A stretch of 64,000 bases of DNA, taken from NCBI GenBank assembly GCA_964595465.1, contig CAZQQI010000011.1:8301-72300 (forward strand). Reading direction: 5' to 3'. This DNA is from an uncultured Planctomycetales bacterium. Lineage in GTDB: Bacteria; Omnitrophota; Gorgyraeia; Zapsychrales; JANLHA01. Made by a program: the position numbers and the translations under genes. Of the stretch, positions 1 to 10,707 are shown in pieces. The notes below the pieces were generated by a model that was not told where the DNA came from, did not search any database, and worked only from the letters and a program-made list of their open reading frames with translations. The first letter of the stretch is position 1; every line of letters starts with the position of its first letter.

Positions 1-1494
1 TATCGATCCGCGGGAACAGCGCCTCATGCGTCCCCAGCTCTGTTCCCGGAGTCAAACCGGGATAGGCGATCTTGCTCTCCCTCGCTCCCAAAACCTTAAG
101 CACCTGATCCGTCTTCTCGGGCATGACCGGGCTCAGCGCCACCGCCGCCGCCCGCAGGGCTTCCGTCGCTGTATATAGAACCCTGCCGGCCGCCGGCAGA
201 TCGGTCTTGGCCAGCTTCCAGGGGGCCTGGACTTCCATATATTTATTGGTCTGCCGCACCAGCTGAAGGGTCTCTTCGATCGCGTCATGGATACGCATAT
301 CATCGACCAGCCGGGCGATCTTTTCCTCCAGCGTGTTAATGGCGGTGATGGTCCCTTCTTCATCCGCAGTCGGCTCGCCCGGTTCAGGGATCCTGCCGTC
401 AAAATATTTCCCCAGCAGGCCGCTGACACGGTTCAGCAGATTACCGAAATCATTGGCCAGGTCGCTGTTATAGCGTTTAATAAAAGACTCCGGTGTAAAA
501 CTAGCGTCCAGGCCCAGAACCATCTCGCGCATCAGGTAATAACGGACCGCGTCCACCCCGAATTCATCGATCAGCTCCAGCGGGTTGACCACGTTGCCCA
601 GGGACTTACTCATCTTGGCCTCACCGGTCAGCCACCAGCCGTGGGCAAAGATCATCTGCGGCAGTTCCACGCCCAGCGACATCAGCATGGTCGGCCAGTA
701 CACCGCGTGCGTGGTCAGAATATCCTTGCCGATCAGATGCGCAGAGACCGGCCACCATTCGGCAAAACGCTGTTCATCCGATCCCCAGCCGGGGGCTGAA
801 ATATAATTCATCAGCGCGTCAAACCAGACATACGTCACATAATCCTTGTCAAACGGAAGCTCGATCCCCCAATTCAGGCGTGACTTAGGACGGGAAATAC
901 ACAGATCGCCCAGCGGCTGACGGAGAAACCCCAGGATCTCATTCCGGCGGGATTCAGGCTGAATAAATTTCGGGTTCTGCTCAATATGGTCGATCAGCCT
1001 CTGCTGATAATGGCTCATACGGAAAAAATAATTCTTCTCCTTAAGCTGCTTCACATCGCGGAATTCGCCGGACTGCTTCTCGGTCTCGGTAATGAAGCGC
1101 TCTTCAGCGACGGAGTACCAGCCCTCATATTCATCAGCATAGACATCGCCGTTATCGTAGACCTTCTGCAGGGCATGCTGGACGATGCGGGTATGACGCG
1201 ATTCAGTAGTCCGGATAAAATCATCATTGCTGATCTCCAGTTTGCGCCATAATTCCTGAAACCAGGAAACCATTTCGTCACAGTGCTGCTGCGGCTCCAC
1301 ACCGCGTTTTTCAGCGGCCTGCTGGACCTTCTGCCCGTGCTCATCGACGCCGGTCAGAAAAAATACCTGCTGATGTTCGACTTTGTGATACCGGGACAGA
1401 ACATCCGCCAGGATCGTGGTGTAGGCATGCCCGATATGCGGGCGGTCATTGACGTAATAGATCGGTGTGGTGACATAATAATGATTGGGGTCCA
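1..1494 (-). CDS. metG: methionyl-tRNA synthetase (N-terminal about 498 codons; gene runs off the window start)
   Basis: My own reverse-strand translation from the ATG at 1494 gives MDPNHYYVTTPIYYVNDRPHIGHAYTTILADVLSRYH... (HIGH motif) and ...WLTGEAKMSKSLGNVVNP... (KMSKS). The frame stays open to position 1. It is absent from the ORF track because there is no stop inside the window. Plus-strand ORFs 287..799, 585..806, 986..1252 and 1283..1513 are its shadows. Confidence 0.9.
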
Positions 1495-1520
1495 TATCCG
1501 TTCCTTCGTGTAGCAAAAAC

Positions 1521-2390
1521 TTACTGTTTCGGTTCCGCTTCCTGCGGACCGCTTTCCGTCTTCTCTTCCCGGTGCGGCTGATCATCCTGCGCGCCCTTTT
1601 CCTCCAGAGGTCCGTAATCCATCTTGATCAGCTTTCCTTCGACATCGATCAGGGCGAAGCGTTTGAGGATGTTGACGTCGCGCACGCGCCCCCGCCCTTC
1701 CGGCGTGTTGACCTTGTCCCCGGCCCGCGGCAGGTCCCGGGAGAGTTCCCGGTAGGCCTTAAACTCATAAGCCATACAGCACTTGATCCGGCCGCAGACT
1801 CCGGAGATCCGGGACGGGTTCAGAGGCAGGGCCTGTTCCTTAGCCATTTTGATCGACAGCGGAAAGAATTTCTTGATATAGGACGAACAGCATAACTGAC
1901 ATCCGCAGACACCGTACCCGCCGACCATCTTGGCCTTGTCGCGGACAGGGATCTGCTTCAGCTCAATGCGCACACGGAAGACCTTGGCCAGATCTTTGAC
2001 CAGGGCGCGGAAATCCACCCGCTGGTCCGCGGTGAAATAAAAAATGATCTTACTGCAGTCGAACGTGTATTCCGATTTGAAGATCCTCATATCCAGCTTG
2101 CGTTCATTGACCTTGCGCGCACAGATCGAAATGGCGTCGCGGGCTTTCTGCATGTTATTGCGGATCTGATTCTGATCTCCTTCGGTTACCACCCTCAGGA
2201 CCTTGCCTGTGCAGCGCGCTGTCTCGGGGACATGTTCTTCATGTTCCGGCTCGGAAACAACCCGGCCGAACTCCGTGCCCCGCTCCGCCTCCAGGATCAC
2301 ACAATCGTTCCGCTGACATGCCACATCATTCAATTCAAAATACGCCACAGGACGGAAATGCCCGACCTGGACCTGTACAAGTTTTGTCAT
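1521..2390 (-). CDS. ricT: PSP1 C-terminal domain protein (RicT/YaaT family)
   Basis: 289-aa ORF with a PSP1-like conserved region and cysteine-rich segment (GYGVCGCQLCCSSYIKKF...CGRIKCCMAYE). It sits immediately downstream of holB, as yaaT does in Bacillus. Confidence 0.7.
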   Translation of the reverse strand: MTKLVQVQVGHFRPVAYFELNDVACQRNDCVILEAERGTEFGRVVSEPEHEEHVPETARCTGKVLRVVTEGDQNQIRNNMQKARDAISICARKVNERKLDMRIFKSEYTFDCSKIIFYFTADQRVDFRALVKDLAKVFRVRIELKQIPVRDKAKMVGGYGVCGCQLCCSSYIKKFFPLSIKMAKEQALPLNPSRISGVCGRIKCCMAYEFKAYRELSRDLPRAGDKVNTPEGRGRVRDVNILKRFALIDVEGKLIKMDYGPLEEKGAQDDQPHREEKTESGPQEAEPKQ

Positions 2391-3355
2391 AGCTTCTCCT
2401 TCAACATCATTAGGGGCAGCTTCACGTTAAGATTTTCACGAACGTTTTTACGGGTCCGCACAATATCGTCTATGATCTCGCGGATCTGGATCAACGAATA
2501 TTTGGCCGCAGCCTGCTTCAGTTCCCTCTGCTTTTCCGCGTGGGCAGTCCGGGCCGCAGGAAGACCGGCCTTAGCCAGCAGAACATCACGAAACCATAAT
2601 AACAGCATATCCAGGGCCTCCCGGGTCGCGTCCCTATCCGCCAGAAGCTCTTTCAGATCCTTGTCCTTCATCGCCCGGCCGAAAAAAGCCTTTAAATACT
2701 GATCCCTCTTCTGCTGACCCCGATCCTCAGCCATAAGGACAGCCTGGCCGTAACTGCCTTCACAGTAATCCGCCAGAAAAGCCGCATCCGGGGGGTCCAG
2801 CTGATGCTCCGTTATCATACGGTTCACCAGATCCTTACGGGAAAGGGCGAAGAACGGGATGCCGTGACAGCGGGACCGTATCGTGGACAAAAGCCTCTGC
2901 GGAGATGATGTCAGCAGGATCATCAGGCTCTGCCCCGACGGCTCCTCCAGAGTCTTAAGCAGGGCATTGGCTGCCTCCACGGTCATCATATCCGCGTGAC
3001 GGATCAGGACCACTTTATACCGGCCTTCATAAGGGCGGAGATGGCCCCGGCTGATCAATTCCCGCACCCGCTCGATCCTGATCTTTTCATCGGTGCCTTC
3101 GTCGACCAAAACAACATCAGGATGATTGCCGGAGGCGATCTTCTGACATGACGGGCATTCCCCGCAGGCATGGTCCGTGCCGGAAGAATTCACGTCACAG
3201 TTCAGGGCGCGGGCCACATTCACCGCGGTCGTCCACTTTCCCGAACCGGAAGGGCCGTGAAAAAGATAGGCATGCGCCAGGCGCTGATGCCCCGCCATGG
3301 CGGTGAAGCGCTTCAGCACACGGCTGTCAGCAGATGTCTGCGCGGTTCCGGTCAT
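2387..3355 (-). CDS. holB: DNA polymerase III subunit delta-prime
   Basis: Walker A GPSGSGK, zinc-module CGECPSCQKIASGNHPDV, AAA+ clamp-loader architecture. 4-nt overlap with ricT and with tmk. Confidence 0.85.
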   Translation of the reverse strand: MTGTAQTSADSRVLKRFTAMAGHQRLAHAYLFHGPSGSGKWTTAVNVARALNCDVNSSGTDHACGECPSCQKIASGNHPDVVLVDEGTDEKIRIERVRELISRGHLRPYEGRYKVVLIRHADMMTVEAANALLKTLEEPSGQSLMILLTSSPQRLLSTIRSRCHGIPFFALSRKDLVNRMITEHQLDPPDAAFLADYCEGSYGQAVLMAEDRGQQKRDQYLKAFFGRAMKDKDLKELLADRDATREALDMLLLWFRDVLLAKAGLPAARTAHAEKQRELKQAAAKYSLIQIREIIDDIVRTRKNVRENLNVKLPLMMLKEKL

Positions 3356-3975
3356 GATCGTTTCTCCAGACAGCCGTCAAGAGCGCGGCGGACGTCCGCA
3401 AAGATCTCCCCGCGGGAACGGTCCGCTGAAATGACCCGGATACGTTCCGGCTCCTGTCGGGACAATTCCAAATATCCTTCTCTGACCTTCTGGTGATAAT
3501 CAAGAGAACGCTGTTCAATACGGTCCTTGTTGTCTCCAGCCCGCCGCAGACCTTCTGCGGCATCAATATCAAAGACCAGCGTGATATCCGGCCGGATTGA
3601 ACGGGTCGCGAAACGACCGATGTCGCGGATCGCCGAAAGCGCGACCCCGATCCCGTACCCCTGATAAACCAGAGTCGAATCCAGAAAGCGGTCGCATAAA
3701 ACCAGCCGTCCCTGTTCCAGCGCCGGGACCAGAACTTCAGCGACCAGCTGGGCGCGGGCCGCCATGTACAAAAGCACCTCGCATTCCCGGCACATTTCAG
3801 TATTGTCGACATCCAGCAAAAGGTCACGCACCCTCTCGCTGATCTTGACCCCGCCGGGTTCACGCAAAAGCAGGACATCATGGCCCTGCTGCTTCAGGTA
3901 TTCTTGGGCGAAAGCGATCTGTGTGCTTTTGCCCGATCCTTCCGCCCCTTCAAATGTGATAAAACGTCCGCTCAT
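3352..3975 (-). CDS. tmk: thymidylate kinase
   Basis: N-terminus FITFEGAEGSGKSTQ... then LLLREPGG; 207 aa; start overlaps the cysS stop. Confidence 0.9.
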   Translation of the reverse strand: MSGRFITFEGAEGSGKSTQIAFAQEYLKQQGHDVLLLREPGGVKISERVRDLLLDVDNTEMCRECEVLLYMAARAQLVAEVLVPALEQGRLVLCDRFLDSTLVYQGYGIGVALSAIRDIGRFATRSIRPDITLVFDIDAAEGLRRAGDNKDRIEQRSLDYHQKVREGYLELSRQEPERIRVISADRSRGEIFADVRRALDGCLEKRS

Positions 3976-5384
3976 GCCGGCTCCAATTCCTGCCCTTGCG
4001 GGGTGTCTTTGACCTTGATCCCTTTTTCGGCAAGATGGTCGCGGATCTCGTCCGACCGCTGATAATTCTTCTCGGCGCGGGCCGCCTGCCTTTCCCGGAT
4101 CAACTCCGACACAGCAGGATCTTTAACCGCCTCCTGAAATTCTTCGTCCAGATCAGAAAAATCCGCGGACAGTCCAAAGACACGCTCAAGCAGGTCTCCC
4201 GCCGCTGCCGCGCCCTGAGTGATCAGGACCTCCCCGCCCTTGCGCCCTTGCGCCTTATTGACATCATTCAGCAGTTCAAAGAACACGGCCCAGGCCCGCG
4301 GGGTATTAAAATCATCGTCCATGGCGGCTGTAAACGCATTACGGAACGCCGTAACACGTTGCTCTTCCGGAGCATCAGGATCCGCGGAGAGCTTTTCCGC
4401 CAAAACACTCAGCCGCCAGATCTTCTTGCGGGCCTGACGGACCTCGGCCATCCTGTCGTCGGAAAAATCCAGTGTACTGCGGTAATGCGTCATTAAAAAA
4501 AGCATTTTGATATCGTCAACGGAATATTTGCGGACAGCATCCTCGATCGTAATAAAATTCCCCAGCGACTTGGACATCTTCTGTTTATTGATCGTCAGCA
4601 GACCATGATGGATCCAGTATTTGGCGAACGGCTTTCCGGTCAGGGCCTCGGCCTGAGCGATCTCGTTCTCGTGATGCGGAAACTGCAGGTCTAATCCGCC
4701 GCCGTGAATATCCAGGGTATCGCATCCCAGATGCTTCAGGCTCATGCAGGAACATTCAATATGCCACCCCGGACGTCCCGCGCCCCAGGGACTGTCCCAG
4801 GCGGGCTCTCCCTCTTTCGAGGCCTTCCAGAGAGCAAAATCCAGGGGGTCACGCTTTTTTGCGCCCTTTTCAATCCGCACGCTGTCCAGCATATGCTCAA
4901 TACTCTGTCCGGAAAGCCTGCCGTAGCCGTCAAACCGGCGGACCGCAAAATAGACATCGCCATCGACGGCATAAGCGGCGTCTTTCTCGATCAGTCCCTC
5001 GATCACCCGGATCATTTCAGCAATATTTTCCGTGGCGCGCGGCTCATAATCCGGCTCCCCGATACCCAAAGACTGCAGGTCCTGCCGGTAGTCGGCAATA
5101 TTATCCGCCACGATCTTTTGCCAATCCACGCCCTGCTCAAGGGCCCGGTTGATGATCTTGTCATCCACGTCGGTGATATTCCTGGCAAAAGTCACCCGGT
5201 AGCCGCGGTACTCCAGATACCGCCGGATTACATCAAAGACATACAGACTGCGCGCGTGGCCGATATGACATTTATCGTAAACCGTAACACCGCAGGTATA
5301 CATGTTGATATTCTTCCCGCCGGGGTCGATCGGCGCGAAGGGCTCTTTTTGACCGCTGAGTGTATTGTAAAGCTGTATCCCCAC
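3972..5384 (-). CDS. cysS: cysteinyl-tRNA synthetase
   Basis: MYTCGVTVYDKCHIGHARS (HIGH) and KMSKSLGN motifs; 470 aa. Confidence 0.95.
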   Translation of the reverse strand: MGIQLYNTLSGQKEPFAPIDPGGKNINMYTCGVTVYDKCHIGHARSLYVFDVIRRYLEYRGYRVTFARNITDVDDKIINRALEQGVDWQKIVADNIADYRQDLQSLGIGEPDYEPRATENIAEMIRVIEGLIEKDAAYAVDGDVYFAVRRFDGYGRLSGQSIEHMLDSVRIEKGAKKRDPLDFALWKASKEGEPAWDSPWGAGRPGWHIECSCMSLKHLGCDTLDIHGGGLDLQFPHHENEIAQAEALTGKPFAKYWIHHGLLTINKQKMSKSLGNFITIEDAVRKYSVDDIKMLFLMTHYRSTLDFSDDRMAEVRQARKKIWRLSVLAEKLSADPDAPEEQRVTAFRNAFTAAMDDDFNTPRAWAVFFELLNDVNKAQGRKGGEVLITQGAAAAGDLLERVFGLSADFSDLDEEFQEAVKDPAVSELIRERQAARAEKNYQRSDEIRDHLAEKGIKVKDTPQGQELEPA

Positions 5385-6097
5385 TATTCCTCCTCGTTAC
5401 CCATATCATCCCGGGCGACATCGCATCCGGCCCGGCGTTCCAGTTCCACCACCCTGCGGTGCAGGGCGCGCAGGTTGGCAGAGACCGGATCCAGGACATG
5501 CCCGTGGTCCATCAGGATATCGATCTTCTGCCCCTCCTGCCGGGTCACCCGTCCAGGCACCCCGACCACTGTCGTGTTGGATGGAACATCCTTGATCACC
5601 ACCGCGTTGGCTCCGATATAAGAATTGGAACCGATCACAATATTGCCCAGCACCTTGGCTCCGGCTCCGACCACAATATTATCTTTTAAGGTGGGATGCC
5701 GTTTGCCGGTTTCTTTTCCGGTCCCGCCCAGGGTGACCCCCTGAAACAGGGCGACATTCTCTCCGATGACCGCTGTCTCTCCGATCACTACCCCCATGCC
5801 GTGATCGATGAACAGCCGCCGTCCGATCTGCGCTCCGGGATGGATCTCGACCCCTGTGCAGAAACGGGCCAGCTGAGAGATCAGCCTGGGAAAAAACGGG
5901 ATCTGCCGTTTAAACAAAAAATGCGCGACCCGGTACCAGATCAGAGCGTGCAGTCCCGGATAGAGCAGAAGAATTTCTAACGTGCTCTGCGCGGCCGGAT
6001 CACGGTCCTTGGTCGCCTGGATCTCTTCAGCAAAGATCAGCCGCACATAAAGAAAAACCGCGGCGACAATACCCAGTAATATAAAAAATATCATCAT
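5384..6097 (-). CDS. cysE: serine O-acetyltransferase (the N-terminal 25 hydrophobic residues may reflect an over-extended start)
   Basis: Left-handed beta-helix hexapeptide repeats [38 protein letters not shown]; cysE-cysS adjacency as in Bacillus. Confidence 0.8.
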   Translation of the reverse strand: MMIFFILLGIVAAVFLYVRLIFAEEIQATKDRDPAAQSTLEILLLYPGLHALIWYRVAHFLFKRQIPFFPRLISQLARFCTGVEIHPGAQIGRRLFIDHGMGVVIGETAVIGENVALFQGVTLGGTGKETGKRHPTLKDNIVVGAGAKVLGNIVIGSNSYIGANAVVIKDVPSNTTVVGVPGRVTRQEGQKIDILMDHGHVLDPVSANLRALHRRVVELERRAGCDVARDDMGNEEE

Positions 6098-6113
6098 ACT
6101 GTGCCTCCCTCAA

Positions 6114-6614
6114 TCATGTCATCTGCTGCAGGGTCACTGTGGCGTAACAGGCGATCCCTTCCCCCCGGCCGATATGCCCCATACCTTCATTGGTCTTCGC
6201 TTTAATATTGACAAAGCACGGCTCCACCCTCAGGATCCCGGCAATGCGTTCAGCCATCCGTGTTTTAAAGACCTTGATCTTGGGCTCCTGCAGGATGACC
6301 ACCGCGTCCACGTTCCCGACACGGTATCCGTCTCCCGCAGCCAATTCATAAACCTGCTTCAATAAGACCGAGCTATCAGCATCCTGGTAACGCGGATCCG
6401 TATCCGGAAAGTGCTCGCCGATATCTCCCTTGCCCAGCGCGCCCAGCATAGCGTCGGAGATCGCGTGCAGAACCGCATCAGCGTCGGAATGTCCGTCCAG
6501 GCCGAATTCATGCGGAACTTCGATGCCCCCCAGCACCAGACGGCGGCCTTTCACAAAGCGATGAGAATCATAGCCGATCCCGACGCGTAGATCAGACATA
6601 GCCGTCCTCCTCAC
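6114..6614 (-). CDS. ispF: 2-C-methyl-D-erythritol 2,4-cyclodiphosphate synthase
   Basis: GIGYDSHRF...GHSDADAVLHAISDAMLGA...GDIGEHFPDTDPRY signature. Confidence 0.9.
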   Translation of the reverse strand: MRRTAMSDLRVGIGYDSHRFVKGRRLVLGGIEVPHEFGLDGHSDADAVLHAISDAMLGALGKGDIGEHFPDTDPRYQDADSSVLLKQVYELAAGDGYRVGNVDAVVILQEPKIKVFKTRMAERIAGILRVEPCFVNIKAKTNEGMGHIGRGEGIACYATVTLQQMT

Positions 6615-7293
6615 GTAAAAATAATTCCGCCAGACTCAGATCTTCCGGCGTCGTGATCTTAATATTGCGGTACGAGCCCGGTACAATGGTCACCGGCACA
6701 CCGGTATCTTCGACCAGTTTGGCATCATCACTTGCTGAACCTTCTGCCCCGGCATAGGCCTTCAGCAGAATATCCCGCCGAAAGATCTGCGGGGTCTGCG
6801 CCTCCCAAAGAACATCCCGCGGAAGGGTCTCATGGACAGTCAGACCATTCTTCCCGACGCGCTTGATCGTGGGTTTAAGCGGAACACCGGGTATCGCGGC
6901 CCCGCTCTTCCGGGCTTCAGCAAACACCCGTCGAAAATCGTCAGCAGACAAAAAAGGACGCGCCGCGTCATGAACCGCGATCCATCCTGCATCTTCATCA
7001 ACAGCCTGCAGGCCCCGGCGGACAGAATCTGTCCGTTCGGCGCCGCCTTCGACCAAACGGATTTCCGGACCCTCTTGAAACACAGACAATATCTGTTCGG
7101 CCTGATCCCGGTCACCCGGCGGAATAAGCACCACCAAAACACTGATCTCACCAAGACCCGCCAGCATCTTCACGGTCCGCAAGATCATAGGCTCTCCGGC
7201 AACAGGCAAAAAGGCCTTGGGCGCTTTCATCCCCATACGCTCACCCCGTCCCGCGGCGGGCACGATCACCTGAAGCTTTGAAGATGGGTTCAT
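6592..7293 (-). CDS. ispD: 2-C-methyl-D-erythritol 4-phosphate cytidylyltransferase
   Basis: VIVPAAGRGERMG...KAFLPVAG nucleotidyltransferase motif; ispD-ispF pair. Confidence 0.9.
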   Translation of the reverse strand: MNPSSKLQVIVPAAGRGERMGMKAPKAFLPVAGEPMILRTVKMLAGLGEISVLVVLIPPGDRDQAEQILSVFQEGPEIRLVEGGAERTDSVRRGLQAVDEDAGWIAVHDAARPFLSADDFRRVFAEARKSGAAIPGVPLKPTIKRVGKNGLTVHETLPRDVLWEAQTPQIFRRDILLKAYAGAEGSASDDAKLVEDTGVPVTIVPGSYRNIKITTPEDLSLAELFLREEDGYV

Positions 7294-8285
7294 CCCTGAT
7301 CCTTATGTTCTGAAAGTTTGGCAAAGATCATTTTCCCGCTGCCGGTCTGCAGCAAGGACACCACGACAATACCGGCCTTACTGCCGATACGGTCACGGGC
7401 CTGATTCACAATGACCATTGTGCCGTCTTCAGTATACCCGACAGCCTGCCCCGGTTCTTTGCCGTCCCGCACCAGGTCCACCTGCAGTTCATCGCCGATG
7501 GAATAAACCGGACGGGCCGCGTCAACCAAAGCGTTGATATTCAAAACCTGTATCCCCTGAATAGAGGCCACCTGCTCCAGACCGTAATCCAGAGTGCAGA
7601 TTCTGGCATCCATGACCTTGGCCAGCCGGACCAGTTTGCTGTCCACATCTTCGGCATGATAAACATTATCCTCATGCACGCGGACATCAATGAGCGGATC
7701 TTCCTGCATCATACGGACCATATCCAGCCCCCTGCGGCCGCGCCGCCGTTTATGCGGCTGAGAGACGTCGGATAGTTTCTGCAGTTCCTGCAGGACAAAA
7801 CTGGGCACCACCAGACGGTCATCAAAAAAATGGGTCTTGTAAATTTCTTTGACCCTGCCGTCGATCAGTGCGCTGGTATCAAGCAGGATGATCCGTTCGC
7901 CGATATCCTGGCGTTTGAACCGGACATAAGGAATAATCAGATTGAACTCGTCTTTCCCCCTCAAAGCCATGACCGCGCCGAGATACGAAAAGACCAGTGT
8001 CAGGACCACCCGCACCAGGGCATGCACATGTTCATCCAGAGGCAGCAGACTCATGACATCCGCGACGAGCTTGGCCATGAACACACCAAGAAGTAATCCG
8101 AAAACCATGCTGGATAACCCGCGGACCGAGACATGTTTCATACGGGCCTCGATCAGGATCAAAAATAAGCCGGAAATAAACCCCCACAAAGCGCCGATAA
8201 ACGGCTGCAGGTAAAGCGAACCGATAAAACTGCCGACGATCGCTGTAATGATCAAAAAGAACAGGCGGATAAAAAGCAGGGTCAT
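7290..8285 (-). CDS. yacL: membrane-anchored PIN/TRAM domain protein (YacL-like)
   Basis: Three N-terminal TM helices, a PIN domain (IILLDTSALIDGR...) and a C-terminal TRAM-like barrel. Same position (between radA/disA and ispD) as yacL in Bacillus. Confidence 0.7.
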   Translation of the reverse strand: MTLLFIRLFFLIITAIVGSFIGSLYLQPFIGALWGFISGLFLILIEARMKHVSVRGLSSMVFGLLLGVFMAKLVADVMSLLPLDEHVHALVRVVLTLVFSYLGAVMALRGKDEFNLIIPYVRFKRQDIGERIILLDTSALIDGRVKEIYKTHFFDDRLVVPSFVLQELQKLSDVSQPHKRRRGRRGLDMVRMMQEDPLIDVRVHEDNVYHAEDVDSKLVRLAKVMDARICTLDYGLEQVASIQGIQVLNINALVDAARPVYSIGDELQVDLVRDGKEPGQAVGYTEDGTMVIVNQARDRIGSKAGIVVVSLLQTGSGKMIFAKLSEHKDQG

Positions 8286-8307
8286 GCGTCTGGCTCCTCG
8301 TTATCTG

Positions 8308-9684
8308 TTATTGGATAGCCTCGATCGCCTCACGGACATGAGCGACCGGCACCAGTTCCAGGCCGGAGATCGGCCGGGTCTTCTCCGTTAAATTATTGCG
8401 CGGCAGAATACACCGTTTAAAACCAAGTTTGACAGCCTCATTCAGACGGGCCGCCAGATACGTCACACTGCGGACCTCGGCGGACAGGCCGACCTCTCCG
8501 AAAACAACCATATCCCCCGGAACCGCCTGGTCGAGCAGTCCGGACGCCACAGCCAGGATCACCCCCAGATCAGCCGCCGGATCAGCAACCTTCATGCCCC
8601 CGACAACATTCAAAAAAACATCTTTATCACCGATGTTCATATCCAGACGTTTCTCCAGAACGGCTATCAGCAGGGCCAGACGGTTCGCGTCAAAACCCTG
8701 CGTCTTCTGACGGGCCACACCATAGGTGGACCGGCTGACCAGCCCCTGGATCTCGACCAGAAACGGCCGGCTGCCTTCGATCACCGGCAGGACCACAGAG
8801 CCGGCGGCATCCTCAGGACGCTCAGCCAAAAACATCTCCGAGGGGTTGGCGACCTCAAGCAGGCCCCGGGCCGTCATTTCAAAAACACCGATCTCATTGG
8901 TCGAACCGAACCGGTTTTTTATACCGCGAATGATACGGTACGTCGTGTAGCGTTCCCCTTCAAAATAGAGGACTGTATCAACGATATGCTCCAGAACGCG
9001 CGGACCGGCGATCGCCCCTTCTTTGGTCACATGGCCGATAAAGATCAATGCGACACCCTCATGTTTGGCCATCTGGGTTAAAAAAGACGCGCATTCCCGC
9101 ACCTGACTGACACTGCCCGGGCTGGACGCGATATCCGGATGATGCAGAACCTGAATGGAATCGATCACCACCACATCCGGCTTGATCCGGCGGATATGGT
9201 CTTCGACCAGCGCCGCGTTGGTCTCGCTGACAATGAGCAAAGATTCATGCGTGCCGGCATCCAGACGGTCAGCGCGCATCTTGGTCTGCTGGACCGATTC
9301 CTCGCCGCTGACATACAGAACAGTGCGTCCCTGATCGCTCAAACGGGCCACAGCCTGCAAGGTCAGGGTCGATTTTCCGATACCCGGGTCTCCGCCGATC
9401 AACGTCACAGAACCCGGAACGACCCCGCCGCCCAGAACCCGGTCCAGTTCAGCAATGCCGGTCGTGATCCGCGGCGCGGCTTCGCTGACCACATCACTCA
9501 ACCGCAACGGCTGGGATTTCGTCCCCGCATCCCGGCCGCGTGCCGAGACAGCCTGCGCTGCCGGCGCCGTACGTTCTTCAACATACGAATTCCAGCTTTC
9601 ACAGTTCTGACAGCGGCCCACCCAGCGCGGTGACTGGGACCCGCATTCCTGACAGACATAAATGGTTTTGGTCTTAGCACTCAT
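8308..9684 (-). CDS. radA: DNA repair protein RadA/Sms
   Basis: N-terminal C4 zinc finger (CQECGSQSPRWVGRCQNCESW), Walker A GGDPGIGKST, KNRFG motif, Lon-like C-terminal domain. Confidence 0.95.
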   Translation of the reverse strand: MSAKTKTIYVCQECGSQSPRWVGRCQNCESWNSYVEERTAPAAQAVSARGRDAGTKSQPLRLSDVVSEAAPRITTGIAELDRVLGGGVVPGSVTLIGGDPGIGKSTLTLQAVARLSDQGRTVLYVSGEESVQQTKMRADRLDAGTHESLLIVSETNAALVEDHIRRIKPDVVVIDSIQVLHHPDIASSPGSVSQVRECASFLTQMAKHEGVALIFIGHVTKEGAIAGPRVLEHIVDTVLYFEGERYTTYRIIRGIKNRFGSTNEIGVFEMTARGLLEVANPSEMFLAERPEDAAGSVVLPVIEGSRPFLVEIQGLVSRSTYGVARQKTQGFDANRLALLIAVLEKRLDMNIGDKDVFLNVVGGMKVADPAADLGVILAVASGLLDQAVPGDMVVFGEVGLSAEVRSVTYLAARLNEAVKLGFKRCILPRNNLTEKTRPISGLELVPVAHVREAIEAIQ

Positions 9685-9693
9685 GAACAGGTC

Positions 9694-10644
9694 CTAAAAT
9701 TCAAACTTGCGTTCCACGCCGATCATGTCTGTGTCATCACCGGAAGGATTTTTCCGCCGCAGATATTTCAATTCTGCCGTTCCTCCGCGCTCTCCAAAAC
9801 GGACTTTTTTAAAAGTCCATTCACTGCTGTCGCTGTCTTCGGAGATCAGCGGCTCTTTATTCAAAGCAGCAAGCTGGGATCCGATCTTTTCCCATTCGGA
9901 AAAGTCCAGCACGCCGGAAAGACGAAAAACAAACCCGTCGCTCTGCGCGATCACAGATTCCGCGAAACGCAAAACCGGCCAAACACCGACGGCTTTAATA
10001 TCCATAAAGCTGTATTCCAAATTCCCGAGCCGTCCGCCCGTGGAACGGGCGAAACCGTCAACCTGAATATGATCCGGACTGCCCTGCAGACGGCATTCTC
10101 CGCTCACAGCACCTTCGGCCATAACCAAACGCTTCTGTTCGATCAGGTCGGCAACATCGATCAAAGCAAGATCATCCCAACGAAGATGAAGATCCAGACT
10201 ATACGGCCTGGTCAACGCAATTGACCCCTGCGCGGAAAACGGCGGCAGGGTCAAACGCTCGATCTCCAGACGTCCAGCTGTTAGCCGCATCGTGGCGCGC
10301 AGATCATCAACCGGTTTGCGGTTGAGCAAAGAATACCGCCCCGTTAAAACAGCCTGCAGCCCGGAACGGTTTTCCAAAAACGAAATATCGGCATTCAGCC
10401 GGGTCGAAAATTCCGCTATCCCGGTACGCCATTGATCAATATCGATCACGGCTTCAACTTTACCGGACTCAGCCCGACGAACCTCGTATTCAAACGGGCC
10501 CTGTTCATCGAAAGACCAGACACCTTCTGCCGTGCTGGTATCTGCGTTGTATCGTCCCGCAACATGAAACACATACGCTTCAGACGCAAACACCGGCGCC
10601 GCTGCAGCCCATACCGCAATCATGACCACTATCCGGAGGATCAT
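9694..10644 (-). CDS. hypothetical secreted protein (signal peptide; C-terminal aromatic residue)
   Basis: The N-terminus MILRIVVMIAVWAAAAPVFASEA is a signal peptide and the C-terminus is ...VERKFEF. I recognise no domain. It is inserted between clpC and radA. Confidence 0.5.
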   Translation of the reverse strand: MILRIVVMIAVWAAAAPVFASEAYVFHVAGRYNADTSTAEGVWSFDEQGPFEYEVRRAESGKVEAVIDIDQWRTGIAEFSTRLNADISFLENRSGLQAVLTGRYSLLNRKPVDDLRATMRLTAGRLEIERLTLPPFSAQGSIALTRPYSLDLHLRWDDLALIDVADLIEQKRLVMAEGAVSGECRLQGSPDHIQVDGFARSTGGRLGNLEYSFMDIKAVGVWPVLRFAESVIAQSDGFVFRLSGVLDFSEWEKIGSQLAALNKEPLISEDSDSSEWTFKKVRFGERGGTAELKYLRRKNPSGDDTDMIGVERKFEF

Positions 10645-10707
10645 AGTGCCCTCTTAAAGGAGATGATCCGCCGGATCAATTTTCAGCGGACCATTTCCTG
10701 TTCGCGT

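Noticed and set aside
287-1513. Plus-strand ORFs 287..799, 585..806, 986..1252 and 1283..1513
   Set aside because: They lie antisense to a clearly recognisable metG (HIGH and KMSKS motifs) and have no domain content, so they are shadow ORFs.
9676-9684. TTAGCACTC (CIRCE half-site) at the radA start
   Set aside because: It is simply the reverse complement of the radA codons ATG-AGT-GCT-AA. No inverted partner lies 9 nt away.
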